From the NCBI RefSeq assembly GCF_009914755.1, contig NC_060926.1: DNA of 64,000 bases. The stretch is one strand, 5' to 3'. The stretch is from the human T2T-CHM13v2.0 reference genome, Homo sapiens. Made by a program: the position numbers and the translations under genes. The notes under the pieces were generated by a model, which ran no database searches, had not been told where the DNA came from, and was given only the letters and a program-made list of their open reading frames with translations. Positions 42,546 through 56,845 of this stretch are shown in pieces (the stretch's first letter is position 1; the number at the start of each line of letters is the position of its first letter).

Positions 42546-43499
42546 TGATTCTCAGAGCAAAAGAGGTATAGAGGGGTTGATTTATTTGATTTGCTTGATA
42601 AGTAAGTTTCTGCCTGGAACAATGAGTGAACTCAGCTAAATCCACAGACAGGGCTGTTAGTAACACTGGGACTGGGCTGATTCTTGCAACCACTGGTTGT
42701 ATGCTCTTTTCATCAGATAATTGACTTATTTCTAACTTAGTCCATACTATGCCCCACTCAATGATGTCCATGCTTCACCAGGGATTGCTAATAGGATGGA
42801 GAGATGGGAGGGAAAGAGCAAGGAGCTGGGGCTCAGAGAAGGAGAACACATGGAAGAGGACTCATGAGGCAGCAAAACTCCACAGTCATTCAAAACACAC
42901 CTGCAGGAATCTTTCCTGCTGCTAAAATTCCCCCAAGGTCTGAAAAGGATGGAACACACCAATTTGAGTTACAAAAATCTTTAAAAATGCACGTCGGGTA
43001 CACCTCATCACTGCCAAGCAATAGCGAATGCAGTGATGTGGCTTCTGCAGTACTTTGCTCTGTTAAAGTTTATCTTCTTAAAAATTTGTCTTCCGAGTTG
43101 GCTTATAAATGCCAATTATTTCCATGGGGATGGAAACCAAGGCATCCCTTTTAGGTGGGAATGTGGAGAGGTCATGATTATTTAAACAGAGAATTTTGTG
43201 GAGAGCTGGCATAAGGCTTGAGAAGTGTTGTTATTGCTCAAAGAACCTGCAAACTGCAGGGAGAATCTGGATCTGTGCAGGATAACAGATAATAGAGCTT
43301 TTTGGTCCTGACTGATTTACTTGAAAGGAAAGGGGAGGGACAGGATGCTGGCTGCAGGGCTGGATGGCTTGGGGAGGGCACAGGGTGATGGGAGACAGGA
43401 ATGGGGGGTTGCTCTTGCTCTGTCACCAGGCTCCATACATAAAAGCTTCCTGTATCATGAGCTTATTTCCAACATCTCAATTGACTCAAGACCTACGGC

Positions 43500-45330
43500 A
43501 TGAGTAAGGCCACAGAAGTGGAGTTATGTTCCACTTTCTTGAGAGTGAAGTATACATGTAAATTATTAGAAATCGGTCTGCACGGTAGATTTGTCTATTC
43601 TTACCATTAATCATATAAATTTATATTTGACTTAATGAATTAATATTTATATTAAATTTACTAGTTAATATTTATAAGATCTTAGTATCTATAAGATCTT
43701 AAATGAATTATTTTCCCAATTAATTAAATCATACTGTACAGACTCATTATATTTACTTTATACTTCAGGTAATAATTCAATACTACTTATTTTGTTGTTC
43801 TTTCTGTTGGCTTATGTGTCCTTTGTATCCCTCCATTACTGTGCTTTTTTAAAAAAAAATTTTCAGAACTCCTTTATATTCTGGAACTATGAATTGCTGC
43901 AGGTTCATCTTACATATTTCCTGACCCAGTCCTAGAGTCATTTCTCCTAGGAGCCCATGTCCTTTTATTGGAGGATGATATTAGAAGCCAAGATTTGGAT
44001 GTTACGTGTGTTCTGCCACTGGGATTTTGTTGCTTCTAGGCTACCTTGGCTGACAGAAAAAAGAAATATATGTGTGTATACTAAACTGTTTATATACACA
44101 TATCTATAAATATCTCTAATGTAACCATCTGTATTTATATTAAATATAATATGAATTTGTGCTAATGTTTCTCACTCTAATCTATTACACATACACCATT
44201 CTAGCCTTCTCTCCTTGCATACTGCAACCTTCCACTTCAACAGTGAAAAATCTGGCCCTCACCATCTTCCATTTCATTTACCTAGTCATTCAATTCCAGC
44301 ATACATGAATAGTAGTTTCAGAAGTGTTAACCTGTACCTCCAGGGGAAATCAATTTATCATCGAGAGGACAGTGTTTATGTGCAGCTCCTTTTGCCTTAG
44401 TCTTACATGCTCCACTCATTTCCAAAGTTACATAGGTCAGCACCTTTTCCTCAGTCCCTTTCAGTGAGATTGTTTCATACACTTGTTACACAGTTTGAGT
44501 TTTAGGTCGCATCCTGCATTCCATCATTGCATTCCTCAACATCCTAAATTATGATATTTTCTCTTGCATACATTAAAGTTCCCTCATGCCTTAAAATTCT
44601 ATTGGTTTTGATAAATGCATAATGTCATATGTTCACAATTACAGTATTACACAGAATAGTTTCACCCCCCTAAAAAAACTTCCTGTGCTTCACTTATTCA
44701 ACCCTATCTCCCCAAATCCTTGGCAACAACTGATCTGTTTACCATCTTCATAGTTTTGACTTTTGTAGAATGTCGTATAAAAGGAACTATAGAGTATACA
44801 GCCTTTCCAACTGGCATCTCTTACTTAGCAGTATGCATTTAAGATTCATCCAAGCATTCGTGTGGCTTGATAGCTTATTCTTTTTTTAATGCTGAATGGT
44901 ATTCCTTTGTATATATGTACCATAGTTTGTTTATGTATTTACCTATTGAAAGGAATCTTGGTTGCTTCCATTTTGGGGAATTACAGATAAAGCTGTTATA
45001 AACATTCATGTGCTCTGTGTGTGTGTGTGTGTGTCCCTAAGTTTTTAAATCAGTTGAGTAAATACCAAGAAGTGCAATTGCTGGATTGTATGGCAAGTCT
45101 ATGTTTAGCTTTGTAAGAAACTGAAAAAACTGTCTTTCAAATTGGCTGTACCATTTTGCATTCCCACTACCAGTGAATGAGAGCTCCTATGTATCTGCAG
45201 CCTTGCCAGAAATTAGTATTGTCGGATAGTTCCATTTTAGACATTCTAGTAAGTACGTGGTAGCATCTCACTCTTGTTTATATTAACATTTCCCTAATGA
45301 CAACCGATGTTGAGCATATTTTTACATGAA
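43500..45330 (-). mobile_element. Old L1 (L1MC/MD) 3' region
   Basis: Antisense L1 phrases 'ttagaagccaagatttgg' and 'ggctgtaccattttgcattcccac'. Confidence 0.85.
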
Positions 45331-45639
45331 ATCTCACACTTTTTTAAACTATACATTCTTACTAAGAGTTGAAGAAAGATCTCTGGCCAGCTGGCTCAGC
45401 TACATCCAGCATGGGTGATATCTGGACATTCAAATAAGTCTCTGAAGTCTGGAACAGTTGATAAGGATGTATTTCAGAAGCTGGAAACATGAAGGCATCA
45501 GGGCAGGTGGTTGGGGTAGTTGCACCATGCTGAATTAAGAGTCAAGAATCAGGTCTAACAGGTAGGCACCCATTTAGGGCAATGTCCTGACTGTTTTTCT
45601 CACATCACATACATTTTCCATATCCTCCTTCTCCATTTC

Positions 45640-45713
45640 TACATATATATATATATGTATGTATGTGTGTGCGTGTATATATATGTACATATATATATAT
45701 ATATGTATATATA

Positions 45714-45763
<50 letters not shown>
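45640..45763. repeat. (TA)n-rich microsatellite
   Basis: Long alternating TA tract with TG/CA interruptions. Confidence 0.97.
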
Positions 45764-47420
<1,657 letters not shown>

Positions 47421-47553
47421 TCTGTATCTCTCTTTTAGTGTGTACCCACTATATTGCCATCACTTATTGACACAACTCTTTAACCTAGTAGGCCAAGAGC
47501 CCTTTGTAGGTGGGAAGCATGACTTACTCATTTTTTAAAACATAAATCAGACC

Positions 47554-47631
47554 ATGCCAGCCCCCTACTCAACCTGCCAATGGCATCCTACTGCCAGCCC
47601 CCCATTCAACCTGCCAACGGCATCCTACTGC
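47554..47631. repeat. 37-bp tandem duplication
   Basis: 'ccagccccctactcaacctgccaatggcatcctactg' is followed by 'ccagccccccattcaacctgccaacggcatcctactg'. Confidence 0.9.
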
Positions 47632-47659
47632 TCTTACACAGGAGCCGTGCCGCAGAGGG

Positions 47660-48110
47660 ACTTATTGGCCAAGGTAAGGACTTTGGATACATTCTATCTC
47701 TCTAGTTTCACTCAGTTTCTTTGTGGCTGCTGCATACACACAAGCACATTCCTGTCTCAGTGACTGTGCGCGCCTTTCTCCCTCAGCCTGGAAAGCTCTT
47801 TTCACTGAGGGGCATGTGACTTGCCCCTTCTTTTCACTGCTCTTACACACCCACACAGCCAAGGCTTTCCTGACTTCTCTTTCTGGAGTGTCTTTTCTGT
47901 GATATCTATTCCTCTACTCTGATTTTTTGTTTTTCAAAAAAAATTTTTATTGGATATTTATTAGTTTATTTACAGTTTATTTCCTTCAGTAGATGATGAA
48001 ATCTTTATAAGTGAAAGTCTTTTGTCTGCTTTTTTTTTTTTTTTTTTCTGTATACCCAGCATTTGAAACTGTGTCTGGCACATAGTGGATGCTTAAAAAT
48101 AAATCTTTGG
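47660..48110 (-). mobile_element. L2 3' fragment
   Basis: 'tgtatacccagcatttgaaactgtgtctggcacatagtggatgcttaaaaataaa'. Confidence 0.75.
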
Positions 48111-48148
48111 AACTCATTCCTTAGTACAATGCTTGCTGGATAAGAAAA

Positions 48149-49095
48149 TGTAATGAAAAGAATTGATCGAGGAAGACTGACTGCTTAGAAAGGCTTGTTT
48201 GCAGGGCTGGTGCTTGACTAGCATCTAGGAACTTGGATTTGGGGAGAGTCTCCACCATTTCCAGAACTGATAAAAGTGGCTTTTATGCTTAAACTAAACT
48301 GTTTGTGCAAACAATATGGCTTATGCTGAATACTTGCTTTTCTTTTGGGAGTCTTGGAATTTTGGTATATGCTAGTGGAGGGTTGCCCATGTGACCTGCC
48401 CACAACAAAAGCCCCTGAGCAGTAAATCTCTGAATGACTTCTCTGGTAGACATTTCACATGTGTTATCATAAGTTGGTGCTGGAAGAATTAAGCACGTCC
48501 TGTGTGATTCTGATGCAGGACAGGAGAGTCCCAAAGTTGGGGCTTAGCCTGGGAGGGTTCCTGGCTTTGCCCAGGAAAGAATTCAAGGGCAAGCTGGTGG
48601 TGTTAGCAACTTCTATTGAAGTGGCAGTGTACAGCAGCAACAGAGGTGCCACTCCTTGCAGAGCAGGGCTACCCCAGAGGCAGTGTGCCAAGAGTAGCAG
48701 CTCAGAGGCAGTTCTGCAGTCACATTTATACACACTTTTACTTATATGCAAATTAAGGAGTGGGTTATGCAGGAATTTCTAGAAAAAGAGTGGTAACCTC
48801 TGGGTCATCAGGTCATTGCCATGGTAAGAACTGGTAACTTCTGTGAGTTGCCATGGCAATGGCAAACTGATATGGCACACTGGTGGGCATGTCTTATGGA
48901 GAAGTATTTTCACCTTTTCCCTGTTTTAGCTAGTTCTCAATCTGGTCCAGTGTCCAAGCCCCACTTTTGGAATCTGGTCCTGCCTCCTACTTCAATTCCA
49001 CAGACAGAAGACTCTTGGAAGTTTATGCCTGGTTTCCTCCAGACTTCATCTTATGCATTTTTCCTTTTGCTGATTTTGCTCTGTGTCCTTTCAGT
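48149..49095 (+). mobile_element. MER21-family LTR split by a nested LTR
   Basis: 'ttagaaaggcttgtttgcagg...gcatctaggaacttggatttgggg'. Resumes after 48998 with 'gaagactcttggaagttt'. Confidence 0.75.
48511..48994 (-). mobile_element. ERV1 solo LTR (MER66-like), nested
   Basis: TG...CA ends and a perfect 4-bp TSD attc. The reverse complement starts TGAAGTAGGAGGCAGGAC. Confidence 0.8.
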
Positions 49096-49930
49096 CTGTT
49101 TATTAGTCAGGCTATGATCTCCTCCATTTAATGGCTGTATTATTTTAGGGAAGTTGTTTAACCTCTCCATACCTATTTCTTCATATAGAATGGGAATAAT
49201 AGCAGTGTCCACTTTATAGTGTTGCTAAGAGGATGGAGAGTTAATTCCAAAGACAGCTTTACATGTGACCTATTATTTCAGGAGCACTAGGTGCTAGCAC
49301 TGTGCTACATACTTAGCAGGTAAGCTGCAAGGTCGGCTTTGCCAAGCTGCTGAGAACTACACTGTGAGTTCTAGGTCTCCATGCATCCTTCACATGGGGG
49401 CTACATTTGCACCAGAGCCTGAAGTGGCTGAGTTTCATGTGGGGACTAAAGGCCCTACCTGGCTAGAACAGAAGGAGCAGGTGTCAAGGTTACAACTTGA
49501 CTCTGTGGGGAACATTCGAGATCAATGGAAGTCTGGGTCTTTTAGGTTTCTAAATTATTCTGGGAATCAATGTAGGGATTCATACCTCCTCCAGCAGTTG
49601 CCAATATGAATTTCTCCTTTCCTCCTTTCTCTAATGCTGAGCTCCGTGAATGACCACTTATATTTAAATTCAAATGTTTATATATGAAATCTTTATACAG
49701 GCTGATTTAATTTTTGTGTTGCTGGAAGAGTTAGGGGTGCAGAATCCTATATGGTGATGTAACTGAATTCTGCAAGTGGACAGTGTATTAACAAGATGGG
49801 TTGGGGGCCAGGGAATCTTGGTCTCTCCAAAGTTGTTCTGTATGGTAGTCAGCAATGGGTAGTTCTTTACTGCCTGTTTATCTGCCCTGATGACTGAAGA
49901 ATCTGCATACTGATATGGCAGACCCATTGG

Positions 49931-50096
49931 ATTAAAGACTCCTGGACTGCAAAGTGCCTGCATAGAGGCCAGACACTCTGGAAAGCCTCCTAGTCCCAAA
50001 ACAGACTTGTTTGAGTAAAAAGTGCAATAAAGTCTTGATGTGTAATTATGGAATTGTTTGTTATTCAGCATAGATTATCCTAGCATGACTAACACA
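49931..50096 (+). repeat. MLT1-like LTR 3' end, duplicated at 51994-52158
   Basis: About 90% identical to the second copy (hand count). Ends in an MLT1-like 'ctagcatgactaacaca'. Confidence 0.93.
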
Positions 50097-50257
50097 CTTG
50101 TTTTGCTCTATCTGTCCTGCTCCCCGTCCTCTCACCCCCATTTCACCCTCCTATACTAGGCCAACTATCCTACTGTCTTTCAATTGTCAAATTTTAGCAA
50201 TTTTAACCAAGCTTTTTGTTAACCCCTTTGTCATAACGACTTAAGAAAGAAATTTTG

Positions 50258-50550
50258 GGCCAGGCGCGGTGCCTCACGCCTGTAATCCCAGCACTTTGGG
50301 AGGCCGAGGCGGGCGGATCACGAGGTCAGGAGATCGAGACCATCCTGGCTAACACGATGAAACCCCGTCTCCACTAAAAATATAAAAAAAATTAGCCGGG
50401 CGCGGTGGGGGGGCGCCTGTACTCCCAGCTACTGGGGAGGCTGAGGCAGAAGAATGGCTGATCCCGGGAGGTGAAGCTTGCAGTGAGCTGAGATCGCACC
50501 ACTGCACTCCAGCCTGGGTGACAGAGCGAGACTCTGTTTAAAAAAAAAAA
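50258..50550 (+). mobile_element. AluY
   Basis: Diagnostic 'gagatcgagaccatcctggctaacacg', 'gaatggc' and 'agcttgcagtgag'. Many CpGs retained. TSD aagaaagaaa(tt/ca)ttg. Confidence 0.96.
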
Positions 50551-51884
50551 AGAAAGAAACATTGTTGTGAGAGAATGTGAGGAGGGCACCTTTTATACCT
50601 TTTATTTAATTAGCATTAAAATTATTTTAAATCACCAAGTGTATTCTCTGGTCTGTTGAATGACTATTTAATTCACCCTCAAAGCAGTTGTACTCCTTTG
50701 AGTCAGGCAAAGTCCCCAAGAACGGCCTTCTGCCACAGGAGACAGCTCCCTCTTTCTGCCATTTGTTCACATTACTGATTTATCTATCATCTGTTCACAT
50801 TATCTGCCCATCATCCATCCGAAGCGGAGAAAAGTGCCATCACCAAATTTGGTTTCTCTATTGTAGTGTTTTTTTGCTTAGGAACATTATAATGTTCCTA
50901 AGAAACATCATAATGAAATGAAATGAAAGAAAGCTCTCATTTTTCAGGGAACTTTCTTTCAAATGCTAACAACGATAGATTAGCTTTAATAGCCTTTTTC
51001 ATTAATTGTCTAACCAGAGTAAAAATAAGTCTTGGGAGACTGAATTTACTTTCATATGCCTCTATAATGTCAAGGCACTATGGAGTATCTTTAGGACTGA
51101 AGCCAATCCCAGAATCCAAATTGCTTTTTCTGAGCTATTTGACTCTGTTCTTATAACTATAATCTCAGTATGTCAATTTTGACATTTTTGTCGGTAGACG
51201 CTGCACTTTAAAAATATAAGGTAGGGAATTATTAATGGTATTAAGGGGAGATACAGAAAAATCACCCAATGTCATTTACATCTATCCCATCAAAGGATGG
51301 ATAACAATCTGTCATGGAAGGTTTAAGTGCCCTCCTGCTAGGGGCGAAAGCAGAGACAGCAGGAATGGTATTAAACTACATGACCCCTTAAGGCCCTGTT
51401 CACTTTTAGGAGCTATAAATGATGCATTTCAGAGCTGGAAGTATCATTTCAGATAATCTCTTTATATATGAGAAGACCAGAGCCCATTTGGGGGTGATAA
51501 CAACTGTTATGGTGAGATGAGTTCAGAATCCCTGCTTCATTCAAGATTTAGTAACTTTGATCACCTACCATGTGCCACGCTGGGGCTACTGTTGTCAAAA
51601 ACATAGAGCACCTGACCACATGGGGCTCACGCCTAGTTTTTCATTCATGGCTGTCTTTGTGCTGCAACAAATTGGTTCAAATTTGGAAGTTGTTTTTCTT
51701 CTAGACCATTCTTCACTCTGAGATGCAAGAGTGCCCTAATGTCTTTTGGACCATGATATTCTTCCCTTAAAAAAATTTACTACTTTATTTTAAGTATTGC
51801 CCCTCCATTGGATCTTGTTCATCAGTGCAGCAGCTCTGGGGTAGAGAATACATAAAATTCTTAATCCCTTGTTGACAATTGATT

Positions 51885-52185
51885 TATTATGTCATTTTTA
51901 TAGATGAGAAAAATGAGGCTCTGAGAGCCTAAATTACATGCCCGTGACACAGAAATCCTAAGTATGTGAGATGAGATTCTAATGCACGTCTGTATTAAAG
52001 AATCCTGGACGGCAAAGTGGCTGCATGGAGGTCAGACACTCTGGAAGCCTCCGAGTCCCCAAACAGACTTGTTTGAATAAAAAGTACAATAAAGTCTTGA
52101 TGAGTAATTATGGAATTGTTTGTTACCCAGCATAGCTTATCCTAGCCTGACTAATACAGCTGCTTCCAAAGCTTTTAACCATCTT
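51885..52185 (-). mobile_element. MIR carrying a 165-bp insertion (51994-52158)
   Basis: 'tttttatagatgagaaaaatgaggctc...gattctaatgcacgtctg' [insert] 'ctgcttccaaagcttttaacca'. Confidence 0.75.
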
Positions 52186-53034
52186 CTCTCCAAGCTACTT
52201 TAATATCCCAACTCTGTGTATTCTTGGAGAATATGTTCTAGAAAATCATAATAAATAGAGATTCTGTTTCTTCTCAGATATTCCTTCTTTTCCAGCACAC
52301 TTTCATTGGTTCTGATTAACTTTGGGAAATAGCTTCAGTGAAACATTTAGGGCATTAAGTCCTCTCAGAGTAGAAAAGGATGATTTCAAGGTGAAGGGGC
52401 AGGGAGTATTGGAAGCCTAGGGTTCAAAATCTGTGACTGAGAGGGATGACCAAGAAGGCCAGACTATTTTTTTTAAGAGCTATACTCAGTGAGTGAATTC
52501 TGAATGGTACAAATGAGGCTTGTTGCTATGACACCAAATGATTCCATATTTAGTGCAATGGAATCCCCATTTGTGTTCTTAAAAAATTAAAGCAGTTTTA
52601 TGGATATTAAATGTTTAAGTGGCTCTAGCAGCTAGAAAGAAAAATTGCCTTATGAATAAAACAGACCAATGCGTGATTGCTTGCATGGAAAGCATTTGAA
52701 AAATGTGTTTTCAGAGTATGGAGCTTGGCAGCTTTTGTTTTACAGTGTGCAATGATAGGAGGAAATGAATGAATGAATATATAAATGATTGTAGGCAAAC
52801 TATGGAATGAAAAAATTGTGGGAGAGAAGTTAAGGTTACTTCAATACACTTTTTTCCTGAGCATTTATTATGAGTTCAGCAACATGCAGGGTGTTGGAGC
52901 ATGCTAAAGCAGCCCCTTGGGTGGAGTTTGACTTTACTCTTCCTCCATTCATGTATTAGCTAAAATGACACTAGCATATTTGACCATGTACTAAATAAAT
53001 TCCAAGATTCCAATGTCTTAATACAGAAGATGTT

Positions 53035-53528
53035 TTAATAATCAAGTTTACTGAGGAATAATTTATATAAAGTGTACAGTTCAATGAACATTAACAAAGA
53101 TTTACAACTAAGTATACAGCACCACAGCCAAGACACAGAATATTTCCATCACCCCAAAAAGTTCCCTTATGCTCTTTTGGAGTAGTTCCCTCCTTCCACC
53201 CCCAGAACTGAGCAACTACTGCTCTGATTTCTGTTCCTATGATTTTGACTTCTCCAGAATGTTACATTAATGGAATCATTCACTATATAGCTTTTGTGTG
53301 TGTGCCTGTCTTTTTTACATAGCATAATGCTTTTTGAGATTCATTCATGTTCATATATATATATATATATATATCTTTAACACATTTTTTATTGCTGAAT
53401 GGTATTCCATTGTATGCATTTGCTGCAATATGTTTATTCATTTACCAATTAACAACCATTTGGGTTGTTTCTAGTTTTTACTTATTGTGAATAAAACTTC
53501 TTAATCTTGTACAGATCTTAGTGTGAAT
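53035..53528 (-). mobile_element. Ancient L1M 3' fragment
   Basis: 'acagaatatttccatcaccccaaaaagttccct' and 'ttgctgaatggtattccattgtatg'. Confidence 0.85.
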
Positions 53529-53559
53529 CACAGAGTAAATTTTTCTCACTTATGCAAAT

Positions 53560-53892
53560 GTTCAATATGGGTTTTCTCAATGGACAAAAACAGCTTTTTG
53601 TTTTTTTCCCACACAGTAACTTGGAAATCTAGGCTTCTTTTGTCTTGTGGCTCCCTAACCATCCAGGGCCTTGGACTTGTTTGTTTCTAGGCATTGGAAA
53701 GGAAAAGGATCTACTTCAAGTACTCCATCTCAGAAAGGAACCAAATCACTTCTACTTATATTCTGCTGGTAAGAACTAGATATGTGGCCACCCCAGGATG
53801 CAAGGGGGCTAGGAAATTTATTCCATAAACAACCCTATGCTATGGACAGGGGTGCATTGATTTTGGGTGGACCAATATTTTCTGATAACACA
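53560..53892 (-). mobile_element. Old MLT1 fragment
   Basis: 'tcacttctacttatattctgctggtaagaactag...tggccaccccaggatgcaagggggctaggaaat'. Confidence 0.7.
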
Positions 53893-55064
53893 ATTTATTT
53901 GCTCACCAAATATTAATTGAGAATCTACCAAATATCAAGTACTGGGAGATAAAGCAAGGACCAAACAAATAAACCAAAACAAATCCAGGCCTTAACATCT
54001 TGTGTTTATAGTCTGGATAGATTTTAGGGAAGTATAATGTGTATCTTCATCCAGAAAACAGTCACTAGGAATAAAAGTGCCATATCAGAAATAATGGAAA
54101 ATGGAAAAGATATGAAAATTATAAAATAATAGATGAAGGGAAAATCACTGGAAATGGGGGAGGGAAATCTCCCTGGAGGGGATAAATTTTCATTTGGGTC
54201 TTAAAGATGCAAGAAATGTGGATAGGTAGATGGCGGTGGAGTGGGAATTTCAAAAGAAATAAATAATCCAAAAAAGGGAGTGGAAGAAGCCATATGCCTT
54301 GGGTATGCCTTGCTTGGGGGTGGCAAAAGAAATTTATCTGACTTCCCTGCTTTGTTAAGCTGCCACATGCTGACCTTCCAGCCATAGTGCATTTAAGTTG
54401 CTTTCTAAGGAAGTTCTATTCAATTTGACTGCTTAATGGCTGCTGCCGTTTTATGGATGGTGATTGAATGTTTCAAAACGTGGAATTGCATACCCCATGG
54501 TGAAACTTCTTCATAAGATGAATAAGTAGTGCCATCACCTTGAAGGAGTTTTCTAAATATTAATAGAATTAAATAAATTAAGACAACAAGAAGAAAGCTA
54601 CTCCTTTTAAAGAACGGTTTGGAGCTAGATCATGCCAATTACAAATTAAATCCTTGACTGTTTAAATCTACAGCTCTATTAATACTCTAATATGCCATAT
54701 TATTAGTTCACAGATGCTGGCCCCATGGCACAAGCAGGTAACAAAAAAAGAGGACTGTGAGTTCTGCCACAACTGGCTTGTTTGCTGCCACAGCCTCTGA
54801 AGAATGCCTTGACCTCCACTTACCTCTCAAATCTCAGATGAACTGATTTCACTTACACAGCCTCAATTTCATTCATATTCCTAGATCCAAGAGAGTCTAG
54901 GAAATGTAGATTTTAGTCTTTTAGTGTTTCTGACTTAGGACATGGAAGGGCTAAGTGGCTATCATTGCTAAACCCCAATTGGCAACAACTAGTCCAATTA
55001 AATTTCTTTTTTGGCTCCCTCACTTTTTTTTTTTGTCTTTCTGGCAGTTGAAGAGAAAGAGTTT

Positions 55065-55363
55065 TTTTGTTTGTTTGTTTGTTTGAGACAGAGTCTTGCT
55101 CTGTCGTCCAGGCTGGAGTGCAGTGGTGTGATCTCGGCTCACTGCAACTTCCACCTCCCAGGTTCAAGCAATTCTCTGCCTCAGCCTCCCAAGTAGCTGG
55201 GATTACAGGTGTCCGCCACCATGCCTGGCTAATTTTTGTATTTTTAGTAGAGACGGGGTTTCACCATCTTGGCCAGGCTTGTCTTGAACTCCTGACCTCA
55301 TGATCCACCCATCTCGGCCTCCCAAAGTGCTGGGATTATAGACACGAGCCACCGTGCCCAGCC
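55065..55363 (-). mobile_element. AluS
   Basis: (TTTG)n tail and perfect TSD gagaaagagttt. Confidence 0.97.
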
Positions 55364-55699
55364 GAGAAAGAGTTTCATGTAAACATGCCATAGAAAGAGA
55401 GACATTGAGACATTATTATTCTTTTAAATAGGAGAGTTCTTGTATTTTTATTTGATTACATTCTTATAAAAACCAGTATTAAAAGAAAACCAATTTTAAA
55501 AGAACACCAATTAAAACCAATTACAATTCGGATTGTCCATGGAAATTGATATCACATAGTACTAGGACTTCTGCATCATGGACACACTAGACTTTTTATG
55601 CAGTGGCTGTGTTCCTCATACATCTTTGCTGCATCTCCGCCCAAACAATTTTATTTTACTTTTTAAAAAAGATGACTAAACATTTTATTTATTAAGTTT

Positions 55700-56845
55700 A
55701 TTTTTTTAAATCTTTAAAATTGTTTTATTTTCATAGATTTCGGTGGTACAAGGGCAGGTTTCTTACATGCCTATTGAGAGGTGAACCCAGCTGGGCTTCT
55801 GGGTTGGGTGGGGACTTGGAGAACTTTTCTGTCTAGCTAAAGGATTGTAAATGCACCAATCAGCACTCTGTGTCTAGCTAAAGGTTTGTAAATGCACCAG
55901 TCAGCTCTCTGTGTTTAGCTAATTGGGTAGGGGACTTGGAGAACTTTTCTCTCTAGTTAAAGGATTGTAAATGCACCAATCAGCAGTCTGTATCTAGCTA
56001 AAGGTTTGTAAATGCACCAGTCAGCTCTCTGTGTCTAGCTAATTGGGTAGGGGACTTGGAGAACTTTTCTCTCTAGTTAAAGGATTGTAAATGCACCAAT
56101 CAGCAGTCTGTATCTAGCTAAAGGTTTGTAAATGCACCAGTCAGCTCTCTGTGTCTAGCTAATTGGGTAGGGGATTTGGAGAACTTTTCTCTCTAGCTAA
56201 AGGATTGTAAATGCACCAATCAGCACTCTGTGTCTAGCTAAAGGTTCGTAAATGCACCAATCAGCACTCTGTCAAAACAGACCAATCAGCTCTCTGTAAA
56301 ATGGACCAATCAGCAAGGTGTGGGTGGGGCCCAATAAGGGAATAAAAGCAGGCAACCCGAACAACCAGTGGCAACTCGCTAGGGTCATCTCCCACGCTGT
56401 GGAAGCTTTGTTCTTTTGTTCTTTGCAACAAATCTTGCAGCTGCCCACTCTTTGGGTCCACACTACCTTTAAGAGCTGTAACAATGAGCTGTAACATTCA
56501 CTGTGAAGGTCTGCAGCTTCACTCCTGAAGCCCCTGAGACCAAGGAATGAACAACTCTGGACACACCGCCTTTATGAGCTGTAGCAATGAGCTGCAACAC
56601 TCACCACAAGGGTCTGTGCCTTCATTCTTAAAGTCAGCAAGACCAAGAACCCATGGAAAGGAACCAATTCCGGACACAGTATGTTGCATGGTGATGGAAT
56701 CTGGGCTTTTAGGGAACCCATCACCCGAATAGTGACATTGTGCTCAAGAGAGAATTTTTCAACCCTCACTCCCCTCCCACCCTTCCAACTTCTGTAGTCT
56801 CCAATGTCTACCACTCTATTCTATATGTCTACGTGTACTCATTGC
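55700..56845 (-). mobile_element. L1PB/MA 3' tail split by LTR12
   Basis: 'ggtacaagggcaggtttcttacatg' [LTR12] 'gttgcatggtgatggaatctgggcttttag...cccatcacccgaatagtg'. Confidence 0.8.
55775..56678 (+). mobile_element. LTR12 (ERV9/HERV9) solo LTR with 120-bp tandem array
   Basis: Starts TGAGAGGTGAACCCAGCTGGGCTTCTGGG, has repeated 'gcaccaatcagc' and ends 'aattccggacaca'. TSD ctat/gtat. Confidence 0.95.

Noticed and set aside
55800-56280. Regular repeats resembling a CRISPR array
   Set aside because: The units are near-identical end to end with no unique spacers. This is the known LTR12 U3 tandem array in eukaryotic DNA.
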